NCBI GenBank assembly: GCA_951406725.2
Contig: OX597816.1
Span: 4,588,001-4,652,000 of the forward strand
Reading direction: 5' to 3'
Length of the DNA: 64,000 nucleotides
DNA from: Octopus vulgaris
Taxonomy: Eukaryota
The notes under the pieces were generated by a model. That model did not search any database. It was not told the DNA's origin and saw only the letters and a program-made list of their open reading frames with translations. Positions 40,813-52,656 of the stretch are shown here, piece after piece (the stretch's first letter is position 1; the number at the start of each line of letters is the position of its first letter). The position numbers and the translations under genes were made by a program.

Positions 40813-41369
40813 TAGATGTTATAAAATTCCATCTGTTTACTGAAAAGTTATTTTAAAGTTAATAAGTGAGAAAAGCAAATAATATTTTGACCCTCATAAA
40901 ATACAGAAAACAAACATCAACCGATATGTTATGTATTCAGTTTCTTTGTTTATTCCTCTTGAAAGTCTCATATCCCCAGGGTTGTCTGTCAATTTATTCT
41001 CAATTTATTCTCCCAATTATGTCGAATATTTAAAAACATGCAATCCATTTTAACCATATATAAGCAAAATGTTGTTGTTGTTGCTGTTGTAGTTGGCTGT
41101 GCACATTTCATTTCTTTATTAATTACCCACATAAATGACTTATTTCAGAAAAAAAGATAACTTTTCTGTTTCCACTTTCTATTCATGAATGATTTTCACA
41201 GCTTTGACTGTTGCTCCACTCTCTGACCTTCAGCGATATGTGTGGAATCTGTGGAAACCAATGTAGACAGCGATATCAAGAATATTCTTTTAATTTCAGT
41301 TTTTTGCTATAGACATCTATAAGCAAAAATTTCATAAGCAAAAAAAATCTATAAGCAAAGATTTTAAGG

Positions 41370-42417
41370 CTAGATGGTGTTAAGAGCATCATCTGACCAT
41401 GATTGTTGCCAGAGCGGCTAACTGGCACCTGTGCCGGTGGCATGTAGGAGGCACCATTCGAGTGTGATTGTTACCAGCATCGCCTTACTGGCACCTGTGC
41501 CGGTGGCATGTAGGAGGCACCATTCGAGTGTGATTGTTACCAGCATCGCCTTACTGGCACCTGTGCCGGTGGCATGTAGGAGGCACCATTCGAATGTGAT
41601 TGTTACCAGCATCACCTTACTGGCACCTGTGCCGGTGATATGTAGGAGGCACCATTCGAGTGTGATTGTTACCAGCATCGCCTTACTGGCACCTGTGCCG
41701 GTGACATGTAGGAGGCACCATTCGAGTGTGATTGTTACCAGCATCGCCTTACTGGCACCTGTGCCGGTGACATGTAGGAGGCACCATTCGAGTGTGATTG
41801 TTACCAGCATCGCCTTACTGGCACCTGTGCCGGTGGCATGTAGGAGGCACCATTCGAGTGTGATTGTTACCAGCATCGCCTTACTGGCACCTGTGCCGGT
41901 GGCATGTAGGAGGCACCATTCGAGTGTGATTGTTACCAGCATCGCCTTACTGGCACCTGTGCCGGTGGCATGTAGGAGGCACCATTTGAGTGTGATTGTT
42001 ACCAGCATCGCCTTACTGGCACCTGTGCCGGTGGCATGTAGGAGGCACCATTCGAGTGTGAATATTACCAGCATCGCCTTACTGGCACCTGTGCCGGTGG
42101 CATGTAGGAGGCACCATTTGAGTGTGATAGTTACCAGCATCGCTCTACTGGCACCGGTGCCGGTGGCATGTGTAATAGATTTGAGCGAGGTTGTTGCCAG
42201 TACTGCCTGACTGGCTCCCATGATAGTGGCATGTAAAAAGCACCCACTACACTCTTGGAGTGGTTGGCATTAGGAAGGGCATCCAGCTGTAGAAACTCTG
42301 CCAGATCAAGACTGGAGCGTGGTGCAGCCATCTGGTTCGCCAGCCGATAGTCAAACTGTCCAACCTATGCTAGCATGGAAAGCGGACATTAAACGATGAT
42401 GATGATGATGATGATGA
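41370..42417 (+). mobile_element. Family A RTE 3' UTR carrying an expanded minisatellite
   Basis: Normal family A 3' block and (GAT)n at 42230-42417. Confidence 0.88.
41422..42171. repeat. 66-bp minisatellite, ~11.3 copies
   Basis: CTGGCACCTGTGCCGGTGGCATGTAGGAGGCACCATTCGAGTGTGATTGTTACCAGCATCGCCTTA head-to-tail, no spacers. Confidence 0.97.
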
Positions 42418-43369
42418 CATCTATAGATCTTCATAACACTTATTTGTTCCATTGCCTAACATCCATTTTGCTTCCTGCTAGCAAAGATTCACATGGTGGC
42501 ATACTTGACGCAAGATTTTAAGGCTAGTTGCTCTTTCTATTATCAACAGATACCTATTTTTTCAATAAAAGGATTATTTCCCAGGTAAATAAATAATGAC
42601 AACATGCCATTCCCACCCCATCATCTCTCTCACTACCATATTCTGCTGCTGTAATTAAATGTGAGCAGAAATGCATATTTCACCAGCTTTTTCTTGATAT
42701 CACTTATCTTTCTCAATAGCCAGAACCACTTCACTTGATATCCATTCTTCATTCTGAACACTGTCCTCTCTGTTCACATTTTACATTGACCATTCATCTA
42801 TGCCACCAAATTATCTCTCCTTCTTCACCGTACATCTCTCACTCTCCCCATTCACTATGCCTACCTCTTTCCCCTTACACTCTTCCACCCTACCCAACCA
42901 CACATTCTTCTCTCTCTCTCTCGCACGCACACACACACACACACACACACCTTTTCTCATCTTTCCCCTGTCTTCTGTATAATTATTACTATTCTACTGC
43001 TCTTCAGCCTCTCCATTTCTCTGCATGGTTGGTCATTTCTGACCCTTCCTACTTTCCCCATCTCACATCTATCATCGATCATCTACCACCCTTTATCCAC
43101 ATTTCACTATATCCTCCCCTCAACCCAACCCAACCTCTACAGTTGTCACCTACTCTCCCCTTGCTTCCTTCTGACATATCATTATATTGTCCTTCACTCA
43201 CCCCACCATCTTTAACCCTTCAACATTTAAACCAGCCGTATCTGACTCGAATGTTTCATCTGTTTTATGTTCAAACCAACCAGCTCCAACCTCTTACACC
43301 CACCCTACAATGTCATTCTAAATATATACAACCACATCATCAAAATCTTGAAGTTAAAAGACAATCTTT

Positions 43370-43732
43370 CATTTTTTTACTTGTTTCTTGTTTCAGTCAT
43401 TTGACTGTGGCCAAGCTGCAGCACCGCCTTTAGTTGAGCAAATCGACCTCAGGAGATTTATTTTTCTAAGCCTAGTACTTATTCTATTGGTCACTTTTGC
43501 TGAACTGCTATGTTATAGGGGGTGTAAACACACCAACATCAGTTTCATGCGATGGTGGCAGGGGAGGGGGGACAAACACAGACACAGAGACATGCACACA
43601 TAAATATACACATTACATGCATATATATATATATATATACGATGGGCTTCTCTCAGTTTCCAATTATCATCTACATACTTATATACATACATATATATAT
43701 ACATACATACATATATATACATACGTATATAT

Positions 43733-43801
<69 letters not shown>

Positions 43802-43967
43802 TACGATGGGCTTCTTTCAGTTTCCATCTACCACATCCACTCATGAGGCTTTGGTTGGTCTGAGGCAAGAGTAGAAGATGCATGCCCAAGGTGCCATGAA
43901 GTGGAACTGAACCTGGACCCATGTGGTTGGGAAGCAAGCTTCTTACCACACAGCCACTCCTACACCT
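43370..43967 (-). mobile_element. Family B SINE with internal duplication and (TA)n expansion
   Basis: TATACGATGGGCTTC occurs twice. Confidence 0.85.
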
Positions 43968-44820
43968 ATATCTTTGACTTGTTTCAGTCATTAGACTGTG
44001 GCCATACTGGGGCACTGAATTGACCCCCACCCTACCCCCAGTAGCATTTGAAAACCTGGTACTTACTCTATTGGTCTCTAAACTGCTGAGTTACAAAAAC
44101 AAACCACCTGACGAAGTACTGGGAATGATGTGGGGTTGATTAAAAGCTTTACAGGTGATGCCCCAGCATGGCCAGACTACAATGATGGAAATTAGCCAAA
44201 TGATAAAAGAACAAAACAATCTTTTGTAGACAGTATAAAATGTAGTATTGTAGCAAGATTGTCTTTGAATATCGAATTTGACCTCACCCTTTTGGAATAT
44301 CTGACAGCAGGGTTAAATAAGATTGTAGATAAGTCTGCTGTAAAACCAGGATTGCTTGATACCATAGATTATATTTCACATAACGATTGTATACAGATCA
44401 AAAACAGATGATAAAAAAAAAATTGATGTTCTGGCTTTGCTCTGGATTATTTTGATTTCATATTTCCCGTTCTCATTCTAACAATTTGACTTGTAGGCTT
44501 TCTGTCATAATCTATGTTTAACTTACAACAGCAGGGGGTGAGGTGGGGTGGGGAAAGAAAGAAAGAAAGAAAGAAAACAGCATGGTTTCTGATATTTCTC
44601 TATATTTTTAGATAAAATTTATTATTTAGAGTATTTTTAGGATTATAGGTGCAGCGTGGCTGCGTGGTAAGTTTGATTCCCAACTACAAGGTTCTTGGTT
44701 CAGTTCCACTGCATCGCACCTTGGGCAAGTGTTTTCTACTATAACTTTAGACTGACCAAAATCTTGTGAGTGGATTTGGTAGACGGAAACTGAAAGAAGC
44801 CCATCAGATATATATATATA

Positions 44821-45115
44821 TAGCTAAAGGGTTACAATTAATCAAAGGACATACTAAGTATGTCTACCTGCTGGAAATAACAGTCACAACTCTTATATAA
44901 ATTGTCAAAAAAGAACTGGTGGCATGTGCTGAGGAGAGTGAGGCTATAGTGCCTGTCCAGAGGCCAGTCTATGTGGGTCCAAGTGCTTGGATGTATGATG
45001 AGAGATTGTCCTGGTCCAATTGCCCACAGACAACTGTAGTTATCACCAGTCTTTTTCGGTGATTTAAATAAGACATACTTGGTATGTCCTTTGATTAATT
45101 TCAATCCTTCAGCTA
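44821..45115. mobile_element. MITE-like element with ~44-bp terminal inverted repeats
   Basis: TAGCTAAAGGGTTACAATTAATCAAAGGACATACTAAGTATGTCT versus reverse complement of 45071-45115; TA at both ends. Confidence 0.7.
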
Positions 45116-45483
45116 TTTAATGCTCTTCTGGGGGACCTGCAATTGCCTATATTATTGATTCTGTTATTATCATTTTTAGTTGTTACACTAGATAATAATA
45201 GAGTCAATAATATCTTTGCAAATATTTTCTCCTAAAAAATTAGAAAAAAACCCCACTTTTTATCAATTCAAAATGAACAATTAAATTACACCATCTAGAA
45301 AATTACATATAATAAAAATATAAAAAATAAAATAACAATAATATACCAGTGATTAAGTAAATTGCAAAATAATAATAAAAACGTATATATTTGGTAGAAT
45401 AACGACACAGGTTTCATGGCTATATTTAAGAAATGATTATAGTAAAACGTATTACATAATAATAATAATAAAAATATATATAT

Positions 45484-45518
<35 letters not shown>

Positions 45519-45751
45519 TATATATGAGGATAATATCGATATTTAAGTATCAAATTATCAAGTGGCCAGCATGAAAAAAATACCTTACAAAGGTAAAAAA
45601 TTTTTTTAACAATTAAAAATGAGGGTGTCTAAAAGACACCAACATGCCGAAATAGCAGTCAAAATTCTGACTATAAAACCACGTTAAATGTTCATATCGC
45701 ACCATGAGGTAAAGCGGAGGGACAAAACATACAAGCAAAAATTATTGAATA

Positions 45752-45811
45752 ATTCAAGATCCAAGGATTTCTGGTTCTGCTTTAAATAAGCTTTACCGTC
45801 ATCAATTGAAT
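45752..45811 (-). ncRNA. Hammerhead-like fold, U3 core variant
   Basis: Identical to 46438-46497. Confidence 0.55.
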
Positions 45812-46437
45812 ATATCAAGGGTACATAAATACAGATATATATATGCACAGCAAACGATATACTTACATATACGAGCGTCGTACATACATACATATGCACG
45901 TATGGACACTGCCATTTGAATCGCCCGCCAAATCACCGCATAAGAACGATATGGTTAAAATAAGCACCGCAGTGAATATAATCACGAATTATATAAATTT
46001 ATATATGAGGATAATATCGATATTTAAGTATCAAATTATCAAGTGGCCAGCATGAAAAAAATACCTTACAAAGATAAAAATACCTTACAAAGGTAAAAAA
46101 TTTTTTTAACTGCTATTTCGGCATGTTGGTGTCTTTTAGACACCCTCATTTTTAATTGTTAAAAAAATTTTTTACCTTTGTAAGGTATTTTTTTCATGCT
46201 GGCCACTTGATAATTTGATACTTAAATATCGATATTATCCTCATATATAAATTTATATAATTCGTTATTATATTCACTGCGGTGCTTATTTTAACCATAT
46301 CGTACTTATGCGGTGATTCGGCGGGCGATTCAAATGACAGTGTCCATACGTGCATATGTATGTATGTACGACGCTCGTATATGTAAGTATATCGTTTGCT
46401 GTGCATATATATATCTGTATTTATGTACCCTTGATAT

Positions 46438-46497
46438 ATTCAATTGATGACGGTAAAGCTTATTTAAAGCAGAACCAGAAATCCTTGGATCTTGAAT
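46438..46497 (+). ncRNA. Hammerhead-like fold, U3 core variant
   Basis: ATTCAA-TTGATGA-C-GGT..GCTT..AAGC..ACC-A-GAA-ATCC-TT-GGAT-C-TTGAAT: perfect 6-bp stem I, 4-bp stem III, AUC site; C-A at the base of stem II. Confidence 0.55.
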
Positions 46498-46669
46498 TAT
46501 TCAATAATTTTTGCTTGTATGTTTTGTCCCTCCGCTTTACCTCATGGTGCGATATGAACATTTAACATGGTTTTATAGTCAGAATTTCGACTGCTATTTT
46601 GGCATGTTGGTGTCTTTTAGACACCCTCATTTTTAATTATATATATATAAAAATCAAAAAATGAAAAAA

Positions 46670-46973
46670 TCAAAAGTCAAAATCGATCAACATGAATGGA
46701 AATTGTCGGTGTGATATCAGTGCTGGTGGCACATAAGAGAACCATCCGAACGTGGCCGTTGCCAGTGCCGCCCTGACTGGCTTCCGTGCCGGCGGCACGT
46801 AAAAAGCACCCACTACACTCATGGAGTGGTTGGCGTTAGGAAGGGCATCCAGCCGTAGAAACATTGCCAGATCAGACTGGACCTGGTGCAGCCTTCTGGC
46901 TTCCCAGACCCCAGTTGCACCGTCCAACCCATGCCAGCATGGAAAGCGGACGTTAAATGATGATGATGATGAT
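46670..46973 (+). mobile_element. Family A RTE 3' end
   Basis: Same signature as other family A copies. Confidence 0.85.
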
Positions 46974-46976
46974 ATA

Positions 46977-47201
46977 TTGCGTTGCTGCATAATTATTGCA
47001 TTTCTTTTCAACAAATTTTATTTAACAAAATACATCTTTAAATGATGATCTGACCGTCTGCCAAGCAAATGGGAAGCAGTAATTGAAGTGGATGGTGAAT
47101 ATGCTCCAGAATAATTATTTAAAGATGTTTTTGTTATATGTTGTTATTGCTTTTGTTGAATAAAATTTGTTGAAAAATGTTGCAATAATTATGCACCAAC
47201 T

Positions 47202-47204
<3 letters not shown>
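46977..47204 (+). mobile_element. Mariner-derived MITE
   Basis: TA-flanked TIRs TTG(C/A)GTTG(C/G)TGCATAATTATTGCA; internal DRLPSKWEAVIEVDGEYAPE* resembles a mariner transposase C-terminus. Confidence 0.85.
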
Positions 47205-47235
<31 letters not shown>

Positions 47236-47689
47236 AGTCTGGTGCAGCCTTCCAGCTTATTAATCCTAGTCAAACCATCCAATCCATGCCAGCATGGACA
47301 ATGGATCAAAGATAATGATGTTGCATTTGTGTGTGTATGTGTGTGTGTGTGTGTGTGTGTGACATTGTGCCTGTATTTGTTCCTACTACCTCTTTACAAC
47401 AAGTGTTGTTATGTTTTCATCCTTGTAACTTAGTGGTTCATCAAAAGAGACCAACAGAAAAAGTAACAGGCTTCAAAAAACAAAAAAATAAGTACTGAGG
47501 TTAATTTGCATGACTCTGAAATTTTCCAGGGCAGTGCCCCAGCAGGGTCACTGTCTAGTAACTGAAACAACTAAAAAAAACAGAAAAAGAAAGGGAAAAG
47601 ATTTACATTTTTCCAGAAACTGGCATTCTTCAACCATTGCATCTTTTCTGCAATCCTCCATCCCTCCTCTGTACATTTCCGATCCATGG

Positions 47690-48090
47690 TTCTTCTTCTT
47701 CTTCTTCTTCTTCTTCTTCTTCTTCTTCTTCTTCTTCTTCTTCTTCTTTCTTCTTCTTCTTCTTTTTCTTCTTCTTCTTCTTCTTCTTCTTCTTTTTTTC
47801 TTCTTCTTCTTCTTCTTCTTCTTCTTCTTCTTCTTTTTCTTTTTCTTTTTCTTCTTTTTCTTCTTCTTTTTTCTTTTTCTTTTTCTTCTTCTTCTTCTTC
47901 TTCTTCTTCTTCTTTTTTTCTTCTTTTTTCTTCTTCTTTTTCTTCTTCTTCTTTTTTTCTTCTACTTCTTCTTCTTCTTCTTCTTCTTTTTCTTTCTTCT
48001 TCTTCTTTCCTTTACCATTTCTTTTTCCCTATCCTCTTCCAAAATATTATCCACCCTCTCCTTTTCATCATCATCACCATCGTCATCATC
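47690..48090. repeat. (CTT)n array, spacer and short (CAT)n
   Basis: Visible in sequence. Confidence 0.95.
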
Positions 48091-48908
48091 AGTCCTTACT
48101 CCTGAATCACTCATTTCTCCGTCATTGCCCTGTCACCTCATATTGGCTTGAATATTCATACCTATCTCAGAACACAGAGTACCTCGATCAATCCTATGTC
48201 TATCCCTCCATCCCATCATCACTACTTGGTCCTTTCATGCCTCCATCACTAAAGATTCTCATTCTTTAAAAAAAGAATTCCTTTGGTTGTGTTGAGGACA
48301 TAGCTACCTCCCTAGTGCTGGTGCTACAAAAAAAGCACCAAGGACCTTCACTGAAAGAATAGTTGGTGTTAGGAAGGGCCAGCTGTAGAAACCAAGTGAA
48401 AATCAAATGGAAGTTGAAATCACCTGACCTATCTAGGGGCCAGTGCCACTGAATACATACCCATTGCAACTGTAAAGACCCATCCAACACATACCAGCAC
48501 GGAAAGTGAAATGATGATAACAGTGGTGATATTCGTGTAACATAAAACTATTTCCGTGGTATTTTCATTTCAGTTCTTATTGCAAATTTGTTAATCTTTT
48601 TCAAACGGTTCATCCCTGTGCATCATTCTCGCTTCATTTCGTTTCATTTGTTCGCATCCCACATGGAATAAAAGACTCTTTTCCTCGCATCACTGTATCT
48701 TACTACATCAATGTAATTCCATTACCATTTTGGCTCATTCCCCACACTGCATTACAGATAAATCTTATGTTACAACGGTTACTGGCCGGCTATTGGCATC
48801 GTCCTCTAGTCATATCAACTTGGATGTTTTGCACAGGAATTAGCTTTCACTATATGTATATACATGTGCGTGTGTGTGTGTGTGTGTGTTTGCATGCGTG
48901 TGTATGTA

Positions 48909-48947
<39 letters not shown>

Positions 48948-49042
48948 TGTCCAACCCATGCTAGCATGGAGAACGGACGTTAAACGATGATGATGATGAT
49001 GATGATATATATATATACATATATATATATACATATATATAT

Positions 49043-49088
<46 letters not shown>

Positions 49089-49099
49089 GTATGTACATA

Positions 49100-49640
49100 T
49101 ATATATAAAATTGAAAAGGGGTGGTTTATTAATATAAATACATATACATACATATATACATATGTATGTATATATATGTATGTACATGTGTGTGTGTGTG
49201 TATGTATATATGTATATACATGTGTGTGTGTATATATATGTATATATGTGTACATATATATATATAAAATTAAAAATGGGTGTCTTATTATATATACATA
49301 CATATACATATATTTACATATATATATATATGTTCATGAGTGTTTGTTTGTGTATGTATGTATATACATGTGTGTGTGTATATATGTGTATATATGTGTA
49401 CATACATATATATATATATATATATAAAATTAAAAATGGGTGTCTTATTATATATACATACATATACATATATTTACATATATATATGTATGTTCATGTG
49501 TGTTTGTCTGTGTATGTATGTATATACATGTGTGTGTGTATATATGTGTATATATGTGTACATATATATATATATATATAAAAATTAAAAATGGGTGGCT
49601 TAGTATTATATATACATATATATACATATGTATGTATGTA
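49100..49640. repeat. ~160-bp higher-order tandem repeat built from TA/TG microsatellite
   Basis: Anchor AAAATT(A/G)AAAA(T/G)GGG at ~49107, 49266, 49426, 49581. Confidence 0.85.
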
Positions 49641-50082
49641 TGTATATATGTGCGTATGTACATGTGTGTGTTTGTGTGTATATACGTATGCACATGTGTA
49701 CGCATGCGTTTGTTTGTGTGTGTGTGTATGTACTAGAATTACAAGCAATCATTACTTTACCATTTTATGGGAACCGTTGCAAGGTTCATAAGAATGTCTC
49801 CTGATTATAGATTTCGCAAACTGAACTTTGGCAGATTATTCGAAGACAGTACAGTTGGGTCTCCTTGACAATGGTTTATTAGAATTTCCTTCATTCAGGT
49901 GCACAATTCCCCGCCCCTAACTCATCTTTTCTTCGCTGCTTCATTATCAACTCATGAAGGTACAGCCTTAATAACAACAACAATAATAATACCTGTTCCT
50001 GCTTAATTTATGAACTTTGACCAGTTCCTATCTCACCGGATCCCTTCTAGGTTTTCTTCCTTAGTCAATTGAACAACACCGT

Positions 50083-50087
50083 TCTTC

Positions 50088-50119
<32 letters not shown>

Positions 50120-50278
50120 CTTCTTTCCTTTCCAATTTCTTTTTCCCTATCCTCTTCCAAAATGTTATTCACCTTCTCCTTTTCATCATCATCATCACCA
50201 TCATCCTCATCGTCGTCATCATCATCATCGTCGTCGTCGTCGTCATCATCATCATCATCATCATCGTCGTCGTCGTCG

Positions 50279-50340
<62 letters not shown>

Positions 50341-50360
50341 GTCATCATCATCATCATCAT

Positions 50361-50392
<32 letters not shown>

Positions 50393-50442
50393 TCATCATC
50401 GTTGTCGTCGTCATCATCATCATCATCATCATCACCATCATC
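50083..50442. repeat. Short (CTT)n, spacer and long (CAT/CGT)n
   Basis: Visible in sequence. Confidence 0.95.
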
Positions 50443-51081
50443 TGGCGCATTGGCAGTGCTGTTAGAACATTGGCCAAAATACTTTACTGCATTTCCCTCT
50501 GGCTGTTTATATTCCAAGTTCAAATCCCGTTGGCACCAACTTAGCTAATGATCACTTCTGAGATCGATAGAACAAAACCCCTGCCAGGCCCTGGGGATGA
50601 TTAGCTCAACTAACACCCTGCTCCTGAATCCCAGACTTTCTGCCCATCCTATGTTACAAACAATTATGGTCAACATATTCCATGGCCCGGTCAAGGTGGT
50701 GAGCTGGCAGAATCATTAGCACTCTGGACAAGATGCTTAGTATTTGTCTTCACGTTCTGAGTTCCGAGTTCTTCACGTCTGAGTTCAAATTTTGTCGAGG
50801 TCATCTTTGCCTTTCATTCTTTCAGGATCAGCAAAATAAGTACCAGGTGAATAATGGGGCTGATGTAATTCACTTGTTCCCTCCTGTGAAGATGCTGGTC
50901 TTGTGCTAAAATTTTAAATCAGTGTTTCATTGACCAGTAAAGATATAAAATACGAGGTCTGGGGTTAGGGTTGCTTTTTGCTTCATGTTAACAGTCAGAC
51001 CTTAACGTAAGGTCCACAGTCCACGGGGCTGTGCCTGCAGACCAGCAAGAATCCACACAAAAACATATTTACTCATTATTG

Positions 51082-51497
51082 AAGGCGGCGAGCTGGTAGA
51101 ATTGTTAGCACACCAGGCGAAATGTGTAGCTGTATTTTGTATGCCGTTACATTCTGAGTTCAAATTCTGCCGAAGTTGACTTTGCCTTTCATCCTTTCAG
51201 GGTCGATAAATTAAGTACCAGTTATGCACTGAGGTCGATGTAATCGACTTAATCCCTTTGTCTGTCCTTGTTTGTCCCCTCTGTGTTTAGCCCCTTATGG
51301 GTAGTAAAGAAATAGGTATTTCGTCCGTCGCTGCGTTCTGAGTTCAAATTCTGCCGAGGTTGACTTTGCCTTTCATCCTTTCAGGGTCGATAAATTAAGT
51401 ACCAGTTATGCACTGGGGTCGATGTAATCGACTTAATCCCCTTGTCTGTCCTTGTTTGTCCCCTCTGTGTTAAGCCCCTTGTGGGTAGTAAAGAAAT
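51082..51497 (+). mobile_element. Family C SINE dimer
   Basis: Junction AGTAAAGAAATAGGTATTTCGTC. Confidence 0.9.
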
Positions 51498-51617
51498 ATA
51501 TTTATTCTTTATTAATATGTCCTGGCAGATTCAAGCATGAATACCTGATTGCTATTGTTTTTCATCCCTCTTTTAAACAACATTAGAACACACATTGTCT
51601 GATATGTGTTCATAATA

Positions 51618-51943
51618 CAGGTACCAAACCTCTTATCTGGCAACCTTGGGACCAGAGGTGGTCCGGATTTCTGGACTTTCTGTATTTCTGGACACAGGCT
51701 AAATATATAAAATAAACTATGAAAAGTAAAGAACAAAATAGTATAAAATATACAAATTGATACATTTCTAAAACAGGGTTTGTTTGATTTTTATTAAGCA
51801 ACATAAAATTCTTTAAACCAAAACAAAGCAACCTCGTGGCAATCTACTGCATTCCACAAAATTCAAAGCTAAACAGTTTCAAAAATAGCCAAATGTCTGG
51901 TAATCCCAGACATCTGGATTCCAGATAAGAGGTTCAGTACCTG
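51618..51943. mobile_element. Tc1/pogo-type MITE
   Basis: TA TSD; TIRs CAGGTACCAAACCTCTTATCTGG and CAGGTACTGAACCTCTTATCTGG (21/23). Confidence 0.85.
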
Positions 51944-51970
51944 TATATGAGATTTATTAGTGTAAATGGG

Positions 51971-52021
51971 CTTTCAGACACTGCCATGTTTCGACCTCAT
52001 TGAGTGTCTCCTCAGTGAGAG
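51971..52021 (-). ncRNA. Type I hammerhead ribozyme
   Basis: CTCTCA-CTGAGGA-GAC(A)CTC-AAT-GAGGTC-GAAACAT-GGCA-GTGTC-TGAAAG; GUC site, all three stems formable. Confidence 0.7.
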
Positions 52022-52320
52022 CCACCCAACTGGATCTATGAATCTGATGAGTGTACAGGCTCATATTCACAGGAATCAGCAAACAAAATATTTGCTGATA
52101 CTCGAATGTCAATCAGACAGTCATGTTTGAATTTGCCAGAGTGTATTATGAACAAATAGACACATCATTGCTTGGATTCTCCCTCCTGTTCTGTGTGCAC
52201 CCCATGAATTATTATTATCTGTTTGGCAGGCATCAGCATGCATCAGTAAATACTTTATTTGCTGAATTATATAAACAAGAGTGTCTGTTTTTCTTAGTCA
52301 TCTGCTGGCTGGGTAGCTTT

Positions 52321-52363
52321 GACTGAGGAGACATACAATAAGGATGAAACACTGCAGTGTCTC
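52321..52363 (+). ncRNA. Decayed hammerhead homologous to 51971-52021
   Basis: CTGAGGA...GAAACAC-TGCA-GTGTC with palindromic stem III; stem II disrupted. Confidence 0.5.
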
Positions 52364-52656
52364 TGTCCTTTTACACTGGTGAGTTGCGTGTGTTATGGAC
52401 ACACATTTTTTAAAGGCAAGAGATGTTCTCTGAGGACAAAAAACCAACATTAATCAGGTATTCAAGTTTGGATTTTTTCCAGGATGTGTTAAGAATGAAT
52501 AGACACATCACTGTTTCGATTCTCACTGTTCTGTGTGTACCCCATGGATTATTTATGTTTGGCAGAGATCAACAAATAATTTGTTTGCTGAGTTCTATGA
52601 ACAAGACCGTGTCCTTTTGTGTTAGATCCATTTGCCTGGGAGGATAACTTTGACTG

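Larger units (their letters stand above)
45517..46638. mobile_element. 481-bp hammerhead-bearing unit arranged as a 1.2-mer plus inverted 1.1-mer (Penelope-like/retrozyme-like)
   Basis: Direct period 481 (45521/46002; 46109/46590); arms ~45611-46110 and ~46157-46638 differ by about 7 substitutions plus a 20-bp duplication; flanked by (TA)n. Confidence 0.85.

Noticed and set aside
41418-42221. 259/267-aa repeat ORFs, or a CRISPR-like array
   Set aside because: Head-to-tail 66-bp units with no unique spacers, lying inside a LINE 3' UTR in eukaryotic DNA with no cas genes.
42735-43433. 232-aa ORF
   Set aside because: Pyrimidine-rich low-complexity sequence spanning MITE and SINE remnants.
45684-46565. 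Duplicated 70-71 aa ORFs in the palindrome
   Set aside because: They follow from the inverted repeat, are low complexity and show no motifs.
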